Notes: a model not told the origin generated them from the sequence alone. DNA of 64,000 bases from Finegoldia magna (GCF_032482015.1 NZ_JAWERR010000004.1), one strand, 5' to 3'; shown: positions 34,885 through 43,595, counted from the stretch's first letter. Program-made: numbers and translations.

Positions 34885-35526
34885 TTAAAAAACAAAGGAC
34901 TTTTGATAGTATCTTTCTGTAGAGAATACTTCAATAGTTTCAAAGATAAAACAGAAAATAGAATAATTCAAACCATACGCAAAGTCCAAATCTCTCGTTT
35001 TATCTTCTGAAATGCTATATTCATCTACTATATCTTCAATATAATTCTTAACCAATGTTTTTAACATCACACATTCATCATTATCTATGCTTATTTGACC
35101 TGATGTTATTGCTCTTTTGTCAAATATATGATTTTGTGCTAACTTATTCAAAACTCTTTCGTAATTCATGTGATCTTTAAGGTGTTGATTACACCTCCAT
35201 CTTTTTGCATGCGGAAGACACACATAATCACTTAGATAATGACTTATTACTCCAAGTTTTGTACTTAAAATCTTATTTTGCAATGAATTCAATCTTGTTA
35301 AATCTGTAAATTGAAAAAGATAAATTATAGTTATAATTTCTTTTACAATATAATTTATACTTTCTTCTTTGTAATGTGCTATTAGCTTGTATTTTGGTAA
35401 AATATCTGGACTAACAGCTCCCCATTCTAATTTTTTTATATTTAAATTGATTCCATAGGAATCTTTAATGTCTTGATTTATTTCTCTAACAATTCTCTTA
35501 TGAGTTTCTGGAAAAATATTAATCAC
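34885..35526 (-). CDS. cytoplasmic zinc-dependent phospholipase C / S1-P1 nuclease superfamily protein
   Basis: About 210 aa. Ligand pattern THK..., WGAVSPD, HY, SH-YLS-D-YVCLP-H (H-x3-D-x5-H) and H-MNY-E (H-x3-E), as in the alpha-toxin/P1 Zn3 site. No signal peptide. No ATG near the 5' end (GTG 35526 or ATT 35523). Confidence 0.7.
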   Translation of the reverse strand: MINIFPETHKRIVREINQDIKDSYGINLNIKKLEWGAVSPDILPKYKLIAHYKEESINYIVKEIITIIYLFQFTDLTRLNSLQNKILSTKLGVISHYLSDYVCLPHAKRWRCNQHLKDHMNYERVLNKLAQNHIFDKRAITSGQISIDNDECVMLKTLVKNYIEDIVDEYSISEDKTRDLDFAYGLNYSIFCFIFETIEVFSTERYYQKSFVF

Positions 35527-35552
35527 TACCTTTCGTCATTGGACATAATATT

Positions 35553-35581
35553 ATTTTAGAGTAATTTAAGTTAAAAGTCAA
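35553..35581 (-). promoter_or_regulatory. possible internal promoter between the macro-like and PLC-like genes
   Basis: Minus strand TTGACT (35581..35576), 17 nt spacer, TAAAAT (35558..35553). Confidence 0.4.
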
Positions 35582-35584
35582 TTA

Positions 35585-36025
35585 TTAACTTTTGCACATA
35601 AATACAAGAAAATCGCTAATTCTCAACGATTTTTCGTCTATAACTTCATTTATAAGATTAACAAATTCACTAGAATATTTTTCAGTTAAAAAAGAATAAT
35701 CTATGTTAAGCGAATGAATTTCAAATTTTTTCATTTCACAAAAAACATTATAGATTAGATTTTTGAAAATATTTTTGTTGTTATTTCTTAAATCATCTGG
35801 CAAATTTGCCAATATCACATAATCCGAAGTTATATTAAAAGCGGGAATGATTTTACATTCGCCTTTTTCTATTCCACTTATTTTTGTAAGAGGTTCTAAA
35901 ATTCTTTCTCCAGCTTTTTCAACTAATTTTTTTGAATTCTCTTCCAGAAGTGAATTTTCGATAAAATATAAAATTGCATCGCTCTGTAGCTCAAAAATAT
36001 TGCCTTTAACAAATCTTATATCCAT
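35585..36025 (-). CDS. macro-domain-like protein with degenerate ligand loops
   Basis: 146 aa. IRFVKGNIFELQSDAILYFIENSLL...GECKIIPAFNITSDYVILANLP aligns by eye with the GDIT..DAIVNAANxxL...GEAxIT.G..L...VIHxVGP macro pattern. The Gly-rich loops are absent. Confidence 0.65.
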   Translation of the reverse strand: MDIRFVKGNIFELQSDAILYFIENSLLEENSKKLVEKAGERILEPLTKISGIEKGECKIIPAFNITSDYVILANLPDDLRNNNKNIFKNLIYNVFCEMKKFEIHSLNIDYSFLTEKYSSEFVNLINEVIDEKSLRISDFLVFMCKS

Positions 36026-36043
36026 AAAATCTACCCCTTTTTA

Positions 36044-36072
36044 TTTACTATATTACCAATATCAATTATAAT
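36044..36072 (+). promoter_or_regulatory. possible promoter of tmcAL
   Basis: TTTACT (36044..36049), 17 nt spacer, TATAAT (36067..36072). Confidence 0.4.
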
Positions 36073-36111
36073 ACAACATAAGAAAAAAGTATATGAAAGG
36101 AATCAATAATT

Positions 36112-37257
36112 ATGAATGTAGCTATAGTATGTGAATACAATCCATTTCATCTTGGGCATTTACATCAAATAGAACAAATAAAAAAATATTTCCCAGAAGT
36201 AAATATAATTGCAGTCATGAGTGGAAATGTCGTGCAACGTGGTGAGTTTTCTATTTTAGACAAACTTTATAAAACTAAAATTGCTTTGGAATACGGAATA
36301 GACTGTGTTATTGAAATTCCTTCTGTGTTTTCTTTACAATCAGCAGAAAATTTTAGCTATTACGCTATTAAAATAATTGACACTATTGGATGTGATTATG
36401 TTTCTTTTGGAATTGAAACAGAAATAAAAGATCTAATTTCATACAAAGATTTTCTCCTAGAAAATGAAGCCAATATTAAACAGTTTATAGCAGAAAACAA
36501 AAATACTTCTTATAATAAAAATGTAATGGAATTTTCAAAGCAAAACTACTCTAATTACTCTGATGAAATCTTCAAATCAAATAACATCCTCGCTTTGGAA
36601 TATATGAAATCATTAGATAAACTACAATCTAAATGTAAAATTCTGCCAATAAAAAGGATAAATAGCGAATACAATTCAAGTTCTATTGAAGGTATTTCTT
36701 ATAGCGCATCCTCTATTAGAACTAATTTGAAACTATTAGAAGAATTTAAAGACAAAATTCCATCCTTAACTTACGAATATCTAAAAAACAATTCTATTCA
36801 ATCTAACAAAAAACTGTTAGACATATTATCTTATAAATTATTTGTGGAAAAAGCTGAATTGGATGATGTAACTGGTTATGAAAAAGGATTAGAAAATCTT
36901 CTATCAAAAGCATTGAATGAAAATTATGAAGATTTTTTTGAAAACATAAAAAATAAAAAATATACTCAAACTCGCCTTCAAAGATTGATTTTAAATTATA
37001 TTTTAGAAGTGGATAAAAAATTTGTGGATGATATCGTAAATGCAGATATTGAAGCTGTTCGTCTATTGGGATTCAAAAAAAACTTCGATTTGTCCACAAT
37101 TAATAAAAATTGTAAAATTTATTCTTTGAACAGAGATTTTTCAAAATTATCTGATAATTACAAAGAATTATTTGAATATGATGTAAAAGTTAGTAGACTA
37201 TTATATTCTACAAAAAAGGTTAATGATTTTTATGATTTTCCAGTAATAAAAAAATAG
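36112..37257 (+). CDS. tmcAL: tRNA(Met) cytidine acetate ligase (YlbM/UPF0348 nucleotidyltransferase)
   Basis: 381 aa. N-terminal VCEYNPFHLGHLHQIE (HxGH), and SNNILALEY. Confidence 0.85.
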   Translation: MNVAIVCEYNPFHLGHLHQIEQIKKYFPEVNIIAVMSGNVVQRGEFSILDKLYKTKIALEYGIDCVIEIPSVFSLQSAENFSYYAIKIIDTIGCDYVSFGIETEIKDLISYKDFLLENEANIKQFIAENKNTSYNKNVMEFSKQNYSNYSDEIFKSNNILALEYMKSLDKLQSKCKILPIKRINSEYNSSSIEGISYSASSIRTNLKLLEEFKDKIPSLTYEYLKNNSIQSNKKLLDILSYKLFVEKAELDDVTGYEKGLENLLSKALNENYEDFFENIKNKKYTQTRLQRLILNYILEVDKKFVDDIVNADIEAVRLLGFKKNFDLSTINKNCKIYSLNRDFSKLSDNYKELFEYDVKVSRLLYSTKKVNDFYDFPVIKK

Positions 37258-37291
37258 AGAATATTTTGAGGAAACTCTCAAAATATTCTCT
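37256..37291. terminator. bidirectional terminator between tmcAL and map
   Basis: 15-bp perfect stem AGAGAATATTTTGAG / CTCAAAATATTCTCT with a 6-nt loop. Confidence 0.8.
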
Positions 37292-37296
37292 TTATT

Positions 37297-38052
37297 TTAT
37301 TGACCTTGTTGTTTAGTCAAAATTCTTGGACCATCTTTTGTGATAGCTAACGTGTGTTCATATTGGCATGATTTTTTCCCGTCAATAGTTCTAGCTGTCC
37401 ATCCATTTTTATCAATTTTCAACTTATGAGTTCCCATATTAATCATTGGTTCAATAGTTAATACCATTCCCTCTTGTAATCTAAGACCTCTGTGTTCTTT
37501 ACCATAGTGAAGAACCATTGGGTCTTCATGCATACCTCTTCCGATCCCATGACCTGTGAATTCGCGTACTACAGAGTAGCCATTAGTTTCTGCTATAGAT
37601 TGAATTTTAGCTCCTATATCGCCTAGTCTATTGCCTATTACCGCTAATTTAATTCCTTCATACAAACATTCTCTAGTAACATCCATAAGATTTTGAGTAT
37701 CTTCATCTATTTCACCAACTGCATAGCTCCAACAGGAATCACTCATCCAACCATTTAATTCAACTACTGTATCAACTTTTAACAAATCTCCAGATTTTAT
37801 AACATAATCAGATGGATATCCATGGCATATTTCATCATTTACAGAACAACATGTAGCGTACGGGAATCCCTCAAATCCTATTTGAGCAGGTATTGCTCCT
37901 TTGCTTCTAATAAATTTTTCGCAAAAATCATTAACTTGCATTGTAGTCAACCCTGGTTTAACGAATTCTCTTAAAGCTTCATGCATTCCTGAAATGACAT
38001 TTCCAGAAATATCCATTTTTTCTATTTCATCTTTATTTTTTATAATAATCAT
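37297..38052 (-). CDS. map: type I methionine aminopeptidase
   Basis: 251 aa. CHGYPS, DTVVELNGWMSD, GHGIG, and EHT metal ligands. Confidence 0.95.
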   Translation of the reverse strand: MIIIKNKDEIEKMDISGNVISGMHEALREFVKPGLTTMQVNDFCEKFIRSKGAIPAQIGFEGFPYATCCSVNDEICHGYPSDYVIKSGDLLKVDTVVELNGWMSDSCWSYAVGEIDEDTQNLMDVTRECLYEGIKLAVIGNRLGDIGAKIQSIAETNGYSVVREFTGHGIGRGMHEDPMVLHYGKEHRGLRLQEGMVLTIEPMINMGTHKLKIDKNGWTARTIDGKKSCQYEHTLAITKDGPRILTKQQGQ

Positions 38053-38060
38053 TTAATCAC

Positions 38061-39392
38061 CTATTCAAAAAAGTTCTTAGGTAATGTAATTTTTACCTTT
38101 TTAATTCTTTTATCTTCAACAAAAATTATATTATACAAAACATCATCTATTTCTATTTTTCTTTTGAAACCATCTTCAGGTATATATCCCAACCTGTTAA
38201 TTAACATACCGCCTAATGTATCATAATCATCCGATAGCTCATCAATCCCAAGTCCAATGTTGGAATTGATTTCTTTTATGGAAGTACTACCTTTTACTAT
38301 ATAATTAAATTTGTCAACCTGAATAATATCAGGGGCTTCATGGTCGTATTCATCTTCGATATTACCGACTATTTCTTCAATTAAATCTTCCATCGATACA
38401 ATTCCTGAAAAACCACCATATTCATCTATTAAGATTGCCATGTGAATTCTTTTTTTCTTCATATCTGAGAATAAATCATTGATATTTTTTGTTTCAGATA
38501 TGAAATACGCTGGTTTTAAAATTTTTCTTAAATCAACATTATTAAACCCATGTTTGTAAGCTTCACTCATATAATCCTTAATATAAATGATACCTAGTAT
38601 ATTATCGATATCGCCTTCATATATTGGAATCCTCGAAAATTTAAGTTCCATTAATTTATCTAAATAATCTTCAATGCAATCCTCAAGGTCAATGGCAAAT
38701 ACTTCTGTTCTTGCTGTCATAATCTCTTCAGCTGTTTTTTCATTGAAGTTAATAACTGCATCGATCATGTCTTTTTCGTTTGAATTAATAATTCCTTGTT
38801 CTTTTCCGACCTCTACCATTGATTTTATTTCTTCAACAGTTATTTTGCTTTCCACATTCAAAGTTTTTATTCCAATTATACTTAGTATAAATTTTGTTGA
38901 CTTAGAAAGTAAAAAAACAAATGGTTTTAAAATAAAGTAAATAAATTTTACAGCACCAATTGAAAATAACGCAAAAGAATCTGCTACACTCAAAGCAATT
39001 CTTTTAGGAATCAATTGTCCAAACAAAATATACAAAAACGACCAAACAATAAGTACAATACACACTGCGATCCAATAAGTTACAGATTTATTTAATCCTA
39101 AAAATATTAACTTTTGACTCAAACTGACACTTAAACTAGATGCACATATTGCTGAAGCAACAAATCCAATGTAAGTTAAAATCACTTGAATAGTAGACAA
39201 AAATTTTGTGTGTTTTTCAAATTGTTCTAAGACAGATTTTGCCTTTTCATTTCCATCATCACTCATAACTCTAAGCTTGTTTTTGTCACAAGATACTATT
39301 GCTATTTCACTTGCTGAAAAGAAAGCATTAATTATTATGAGTATCAATAAAATAACCAATTCTAAAATAAGATCGGGCCCGACTTCGTCCAT
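38061..39392 (-). CDS. CNNM/HlyC-CorC family transporter (DUF21 TM domain + CBS pair + CorC_HlyC)
   Basis: 443 aa. 4 N-terminal TM helices, a CBS pair (IMTARTEV..., FSRIPIY), and the C-terminal transporter-associated domain. Confidence 0.88.
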   Translation of the reverse strand: MDEVGPDLILELVILLILIIINAFFSASEIAIVSCDKNKLRVMSDDGNEKAKSVLEQFEKHTKFLSTIQVILTYIGFVASAICASSLSVSLSQKLIFLGLNKSVTYWIAVCIVLIVWSFLYILFGQLIPKRIALSVADSFALFSIGAVKFIYFILKPFVFLLSKSTKFILSIIGIKTLNVESKITVEEIKSMVEVGKEQGIINSNEKDMIDAVINFNEKTAEEIMTARTEVFAIDLEDCIEDYLDKLMELKFSRIPIYEGDIDNILGIIYIKDYMSEAYKHGFNNVDLRKILKPAYFISETKNINDLFSDMKKKRIHMAILIDEYGGFSGIVSMEDLIEEIVGNIEDEYDHEAPDIIQVDKFNYIVKGSTSIKEINSNIGLGIDELSDDYDTLGGMLINRLGYIPEDGFKRKIEIDDVLYNIIFVEDKRIKKVKITLPKNFFE

Positions 39393-39457
39393 TTATTCCT
39401 CCTAAAATTATAGATAATAATATTATACAATAATTTTGAATTAAAATAAAACAAAAT

Positions 39458-39499
39458 TAAAAACGGAATGTTTTCTGCGATATACAGATAACATTCCGC
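39458..39499 (-). terminator. intrinsic terminator after hppA
   Basis: Minus strand GCGGAATGTT-loop-AACATTCCG followed by TTTTTAATTTT. Confidence 0.75.
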
Positions 39500-39564
39500 T
39501 TAAAATCTTTTAATTCAATTCGTGTTTTAGAAAAACACTTTAAATACTAAAAATATTCTATCTT

Positions 39565-41577
39565 TTAGAATAAGTTTAGTATTAGTCCACCATGTTGAGC
39601 AATCAATGGTGCAAATACTAGTGATACTACTGTCATCAATTTAATTAAAATATTTAATGATGGGCCTGAAGTATCCTTGAATGGATCCCCAACAGTATCT
39701 CCTACTACAGCTGCTTTATGAGCATCTGATCCTTTTCCACCGTGTTGACCTGATTCAATATATTTTTTAGCATTATCCCATGCTCCACCACTGTTTGACA
39801 TAAATATTGCCATCAATACACCTGTTACAAGTGAACCTGCTAAAAGTCCACCTAAAGCTTCTGCACCTAACAAGAATCCCATAATAACTGGACAAACTAC
39901 CGCTAACAAACCTGGAACAAGCATTTGTCTTAATGCAGCACCTGTAGAAATGTCTACACATTTTTTGTAATCAGGTTGTTGAGTACCTTCCATAATTCCT
40001 GGGAATTCTTTAAATTGTCTTCTAACTTCAACAATCATATCATTTGCAGCTGTTCCTACAGCATCCATAGTCAATGCAGAGAACAAAAATGGTAACATAC
40101 CACCAATAAACATACCAGCTACAACTTCTGGACTTGTAACATCGATTTGTTTCAAACCTACTACAGCAGTATATGATGCAAATAATGCTAATGCTGTCAA
40201 TGCAGCACTACCAATTGCAAATCCTTTACCAATTGCAGCAGTAGTATTACCAACTGAGTCTAATTTATCTGTAATATTTCTTACATTTTCTGGTAATTCG
40301 CACATTTCAGCAATACCACCAGCGTTATCTGCTATAGGACCATAAGCATCTACCGCAATTGTCATACCACAAGTAGATAACATACCGATTGCTGCCACTG
40401 CTATACCATACAAACCTTCTGTAGGATTTGTTGCACCATTTGATGCAAAGAACGAAACTATTATACCGATAGCTATAACAATAATTGGACCAGTAGTTGA
40501 TTTCATTCCTGTAGCCAAACCAGAGATAATATTTGTAGAAGAACCTGTTTCTGATTCTTCGGCAATTTTTTGAACTGGTTTTTTATCTTCAGATGTGTAA
40601 TATTCAGTAAATTGTGAAATTATCAATCCAACCAATATACCAGCTAATACAGAGAAGAAAGCATTATTACTACCAAGAATAGATCTTGATAAGAAGAATG
40701 ATCCAGCAATTGCTAAAATAGAACTGATAATTGTACCTGTATTTAAAGATTTTTGAGGATCTTTTCCTCCTCTAACTGTAAATACACCTATAATAGATGC
40801 AATAACACCTAATGCTGCAATCGCAATTGCAAATGATACTCCAGCTTCTTTATAAGCTAGTAAACCTAATGTAATACCTGATAAAATACTACCCGCATAA
40901 GATTCGAATAAGTCAGCTCCCATACCAGCAACATCACCTACGTTGTCCCCAACGTTATCTGCAATAACTGCAGGGTTTCTAGGGTCATCTTCAGGAATAC
41001 CTGCTTCAACTTTACCAACTAAGTCTGCACCAACATCGGCTGCTTTTGTATAGATACCACCACCAACTCTGGCAAATAAAGCTATAGAAGAAGCACCAAA
41101 ACTAAATCCAGTAACGATTTCAGCATCTTGGAAAATAATATAAGAAAGAGTTATACCTAAAATTCCTAATCCAACAACGCACATTCCCATTACTGCTCCA
41201 CCAGAAAATGCTACGTTTAATGCTCCATTCATTCCTTCTTCTTTTGCCGCGTTAGCTGTCCTAACGTTTGCCTTTGTTGCAGCTTGCATACCGATGTAAC
41301 CTGCAAGTACACTAAATATTGCACCAGCTAAAAAACAAATTGCTGTCTTATAATCGATTGCAACACCTAGAATTACACATACTATAACTACAAAAATAAT
41401 AAGTGCTTTGTACTGGCGAGAAAGATAAGCCATTGCTCCGTCGTGAATAAATCCAGATATCTCCCTCATTCTTTCATTACCAGCACCTTTTTTACTTATG
41501 CTACTAAATTTTATTGCAGCAAATAATAAAGCGATAATACCTGCTGCAATAGCTAAATAGTAATACATATTGTCCAT
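39565..41577 (-). CDS. hppA: membrane-integral ion-pumping pyrophosphatase, K+-dependent type
   Basis: 670 aa polytopic. [22 protein letters not shown], and [16 protein letters not shown] (Ala at the K+-dependence position). Confidence 0.95.
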   Translation of the reverse strand: MDNMYYYLAIAAGIIALLFAAIKFSSISKKGAGNERMREISGFIHDGAMAYLSRQYKALIIFVVIVCVILGVAIDYKTAICFLAGAIFSVLAGYIGMQAATKANVRTANAAKEEGMNGALNVAFSGGAVMGMCVVGLGILGITLSYIIFQDAEIVTGFSFGASSIALFARVGGGIYTKAADVGADLVGKVEAGIPEDDPRNPAVIADNVGDNVGDVAGMGADLFESYAGSILSGITLGLLAYKEAGVSFAIAIAALGVIASIIGVFTVRGGKDPQKSLNTGTIISSILAIAGSFFLSRSILGSNNAFFSVLAGILVGLIISQFTEYYTSEDKKPVQKIAEESETGSSTNIISGLATGMKSTTGPIIVIAIGIIVSFFASNGATNPTEGLYGIAVAAIGMLSTCGMTIAVDAYGPIADNAGGIAEMCELPENVRNITDKLDSVGNTTAAIGKGFAIGSAALTALALFASYTAVVGLKQIDVTSPEVVAGMFIGGMLPFLFSALTMDAVGTAANDMIVEVRRQFKEFPGIMEGTQQPDYKKCVDISTGAALRQMLVPGLLAVVCPVIMGFLLGAEALGGLLAGSLVTGVLMAIFMSNSGGAWDNAKKYIESGQHGGKGSDAHKAAVVGDTVGDPFKDTSGPSLNILIKLMTVVSLVFAPLIAQHGGLILNLF

Positions 41578-41601
41578 GATTTACTCCTTTCAACTATTAA
41601 A

Positions 41602-41826
41602 TTATTTTATATATGCTAACGCCAAAGCTGAAACCAAGAATATAACTGATGATACAATAACAACTCTGTTAATATAATTATCCTTAGTTAATCTTCCACC
41701 ATGTCCACCGACATTAGTTTCGCCTGTTAACGCTGCCATCCCTTCTGATTTAGTTTCTTGACTCATCACTGCAATTATTATTACAATGCTGGCAATAACT
41801 AAAATTACTGAAAAAATAGTCTTCAT
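41602..41826 (-). CDS. secG: preprotein translocase subunit SecG
   Basis: 74 aa. Two TM helices flanking a Gly-rich loop (TGETNVGGHGG). 24 nt upstream of hppA. Confidence 0.85.
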   Translation of the reverse strand: MKTIFSVILVIASIVIIIAVMSQETKSEGMAALTGETNVGGHGGRLTKDNYINRVVIVSSVIFLVSALALAYIK

Positions 41827-41948
41827 TTATCCACCTCATTTCAATTAAGTTGATATATAAAATATAACATAGACATTCGATATTATCAAGATACTTCATA
41901 TATCATTATTGCACAAAGATATTATACCACAAATTTCTTTGAATTTAA

Positions 41949-41973
41949 TTGATAATCAGTATTGATTTATCAA
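41949..41973. promoter_or_regulatory. Fur-box-like operator 1 (overlaps the -35)
   Basis: TTGATAATCAGTATTGATTTATCAA. Perfect TGATAAT half-site, plus 7-bp inverted arms TTGATAA/TTATCAA. Confidence 0.45.
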
Positions 41974-41990
41974 AAATCATGTGCTATACT
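41962..41990 (+). promoter_or_regulatory. sigma-A type promoter of the DUF3793-flavodoxin operon
   Basis: TTGATT (41962..41967), 17 nt spacer, TGcTATACT (extended -10, hexamer 41985..41990). Confidence 0.6.
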
Positions 41991-41995
41991 TTTTA

Positions 41996-42010
41996 TGATA
42001 TCAATTATCA
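41996..42010. promoter_or_regulatory. Fur-box-like operator 2 (7-1-7, at the predicted transcription start)
   Basis: TGATATC-A-ATTATCA against the Bacillus Fur consensus TGATAAT-n-ATTATCA (12 of 14 specified positions). Confidence 0.5.
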
Positions 42011-42031
42011 ATACTTATTATAGAGGTGGTT

Positions 42032-42577
42032 ATGTTACAAGACATATTATTAGAACATTGTTATCCCACACTAAGTAATCTCAAATTTGCAAATATGATA
42101 AATGTTGATTATACAGATAGCATATTTGAAGACATTTTAAAATTAAACGAAAAATTATCAGAATATAATTTTAGCTTAATTATTTTAAAGCAAACTAGAA
42201 AAAAGTTGTTGCTGTACTTAATAAATTACAATTTAATAGAAAACTATAATGATAAGAGGCTGCAAAATGCTTTGAAAAGTTATGGTTATCCTGCGGATAA
42301 TTTTAATAGCAGCATAAATTTTTTAAAGAAAAGATTACTTGAAAATGAATTTCCTCATGAAATCGGATTTTTTTTAGGGTATCCTTACGAGGATGTACTT
42401 GGTTTTATCAATTACAACGGAAAAAATGAATGTATTTCTGGAAAATGGAAAGTATATTCTGATGTGGAAAAGGCAAAAGATATATTTAAAAAATATGACT
42501 ATGCTAAGCTCGTAACAAAAAGATTATCATTACAAGGAAATAACTTGTTTGATATAATAAATTATTTTAAGGAGTAA
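42032..42577 (+). CDS. DUF3793 family protein
   Basis: About 181 aa. CYPTLSNLKFANMINV, FPHEIGFFLGYPYEDVLGFI, GKWKVY. ATG 42032 lies 5 nt after AGAGG. The track uses GTG 42026. Confidence 0.8.
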   Translation: MLQDILLEHCYPTLSNLKFANMINVDYTDSIFEDILKLNEKLSEYNFSLIILKQTRKKLLLYLINYNLIENYNDKRLQNALKSYGYPADNFNSSINFLKKRLLENEFPHEIGFFLGYPYEDVLGFINYNGKNECISGKWKVYSDVEKAKDIFKKYDYAKLVTKRLSLQGNNLFDIINYFKE

Positions 42578-42580
42578 ATT

Positions 42581-43000
42581 ATGAATTTATTAATTTTATA
42601 CTGGTCTCAAACTGGTAACACTGAAAAAATGGCTCAAATTATTAAAGAAGAATGTGAGTCAAAAGGATCTAAAGTCGAAATGGTATTTAGTGATGATTAT
42701 AAAAACTACGATATTGACAATTTCGATGTCATTGCTTTTGGGTGCCCTGCTATGGGTGATGAAGAACTAGAAGATACTTCATTTGAACCGATGTTTTCTG
42801 ATTTAGAAAATACATTAAGTGATAAAAAAATTGCTCTATTTGGTTCTTATGAATGGAACAACGGTGAATGGATGGGCTTTTGGAAAGAAAGATGTTCGAA
42901 AAATAATTTAAACGTTATTGATACTGTAATCTGCTATGATACACCAGACGAAAATTCTACTGCTGATATAAAAAAATTTGCAGATAATTTATTAAAATAA
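42581..43000 (+). CDS. short-chain flavodoxin
   Basis: 139 aa. ILYWSQTGNTEKMA FMN phosphate loop, and GCPAMGDE. 3 nt after the DUF3793 stop. Confidence 0.92.
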   Translation: MNLLILYWSQTGNTEKMAQIIKEECESKGSKVEMVFSDDYKNYDIDNFDVIAFGCPAMGDEELEDTSFEPMFSDLENTLSDKKIALFGSYEWNNGEWMGFWKERCSKNNLNVIDTVICYDTPDENSTADIKKFADNLLK

Positions 43001-43005
43001 TACTT

Positions 43006-43044
43006 AAAAAAGCTTGGTAGTCATCTAAAACTACCAAGCTTTTT
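43006..43044. terminator. bidirectional terminator after flavodoxin / coiled-coil gene
   Basis: 14-bp stem AAAAAGCTTGGTAG / CTACCAAGCTTTTT with a 10-nt loop. Confidence 0.8.
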
Positions 43045-43045
43045 A

Positions 43046-43519
43046 TTAGCCTTTTAATTCATTTCTGTTTTCTTGTAATTCTTCCAATAGATTGTTTAAT
43101 TTGTCTTGAGTTGTTTCCAACATTTCATCTATATATTGGATAGATTGACTCTTTAATAGTCTAGCGTTGTTTTCAGCTTGAGAAGTAATTTCTTCTGCAT
43201 TTTTTTGAGCTGCAATAGTAACATCGTGTTCATTTACCATTGTTTCAAATCTGTTACGAGCTTCTTGGTCGATTTTTTCTGCTTCTTTGTAAGCTTGAGT
43301 TCTAATATTTTCAGATTCTCTGTTAGCCTCATCGATAATTCTATTCTTTTCAGCATTAGTCCATTGAGCTTGTTTGATTTCTTCTGGTAAATTTTCTCTC
43401 ATATCTTTTAAAACTGATAGAAGTTCTTCTCTTTCAACCATAACTTTTTTAGAAAATGGAACTGTTGATGCTTCATCAAGTATGTCTTCCATTTCTTCTA
43501 TTAACTTAATAATATCCAT
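43046..43519 (-). CDS. coiled-coil protein of unknown function (ATPase subunit b/H-like heptad pattern)
   Basis: ATG 43519 follows AGGAGGG (MDIIKLIEEMEDILDEAS...). Highly charged E/K/Q/N helix. No TM. Confidence 0.65.
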   Translation of the reverse strand: MDIIKLIEEMEDILDEASTVPFSKKVMVEREELLSVLKDMRENLPEEIKQAQWTNAEKNRIIDEANRESENIRTQAYKEAEKIDQEARNRFETMVNEHDVTIAAQKNAEEITSQAENNARLLKSQSIQYIDEMLETTQDKLNNLLEELQENRNELKG

Positions 43520-43595
43520 GTAACCCTCCTGCATTGAGCTAATTATTCTTACAATTATTATAATAAAAATATCAAATTAATTCAAGATAAAGCAT

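Noticed and set aside
34885-36025. DarTG-like toxin-antitoxin pair (macro-domain antitoxin with an ADP-ribosyltransferase toxin)
   Set aside because: The neighbour of the macro-like gene has a Zn phospholipase C/S1-P1 ligand pattern, not a DarT/ART fold. The macro-like protein also lacks the catalytic loops needed for de-ADP-ribosylation.
34049-36111. Genomic island or prophage remnant integrated at the tRNA cluster
   Set aside because: There is no integrase, transposase or recombinase gene. There is no direct repeat of a tRNA 3' end. The cassette lies on the 5' (promoter) side of the tRNA operon, and its composition does not visibly differ from the flanks.
39773-39961. 62-aa same-strand alternative-frame ORF inside hppA
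   Set aside because: It is embedded in a highly conserved membrane PPase coding region, has a Cys/Arg-rich nonsense-like translation, and has no SD.
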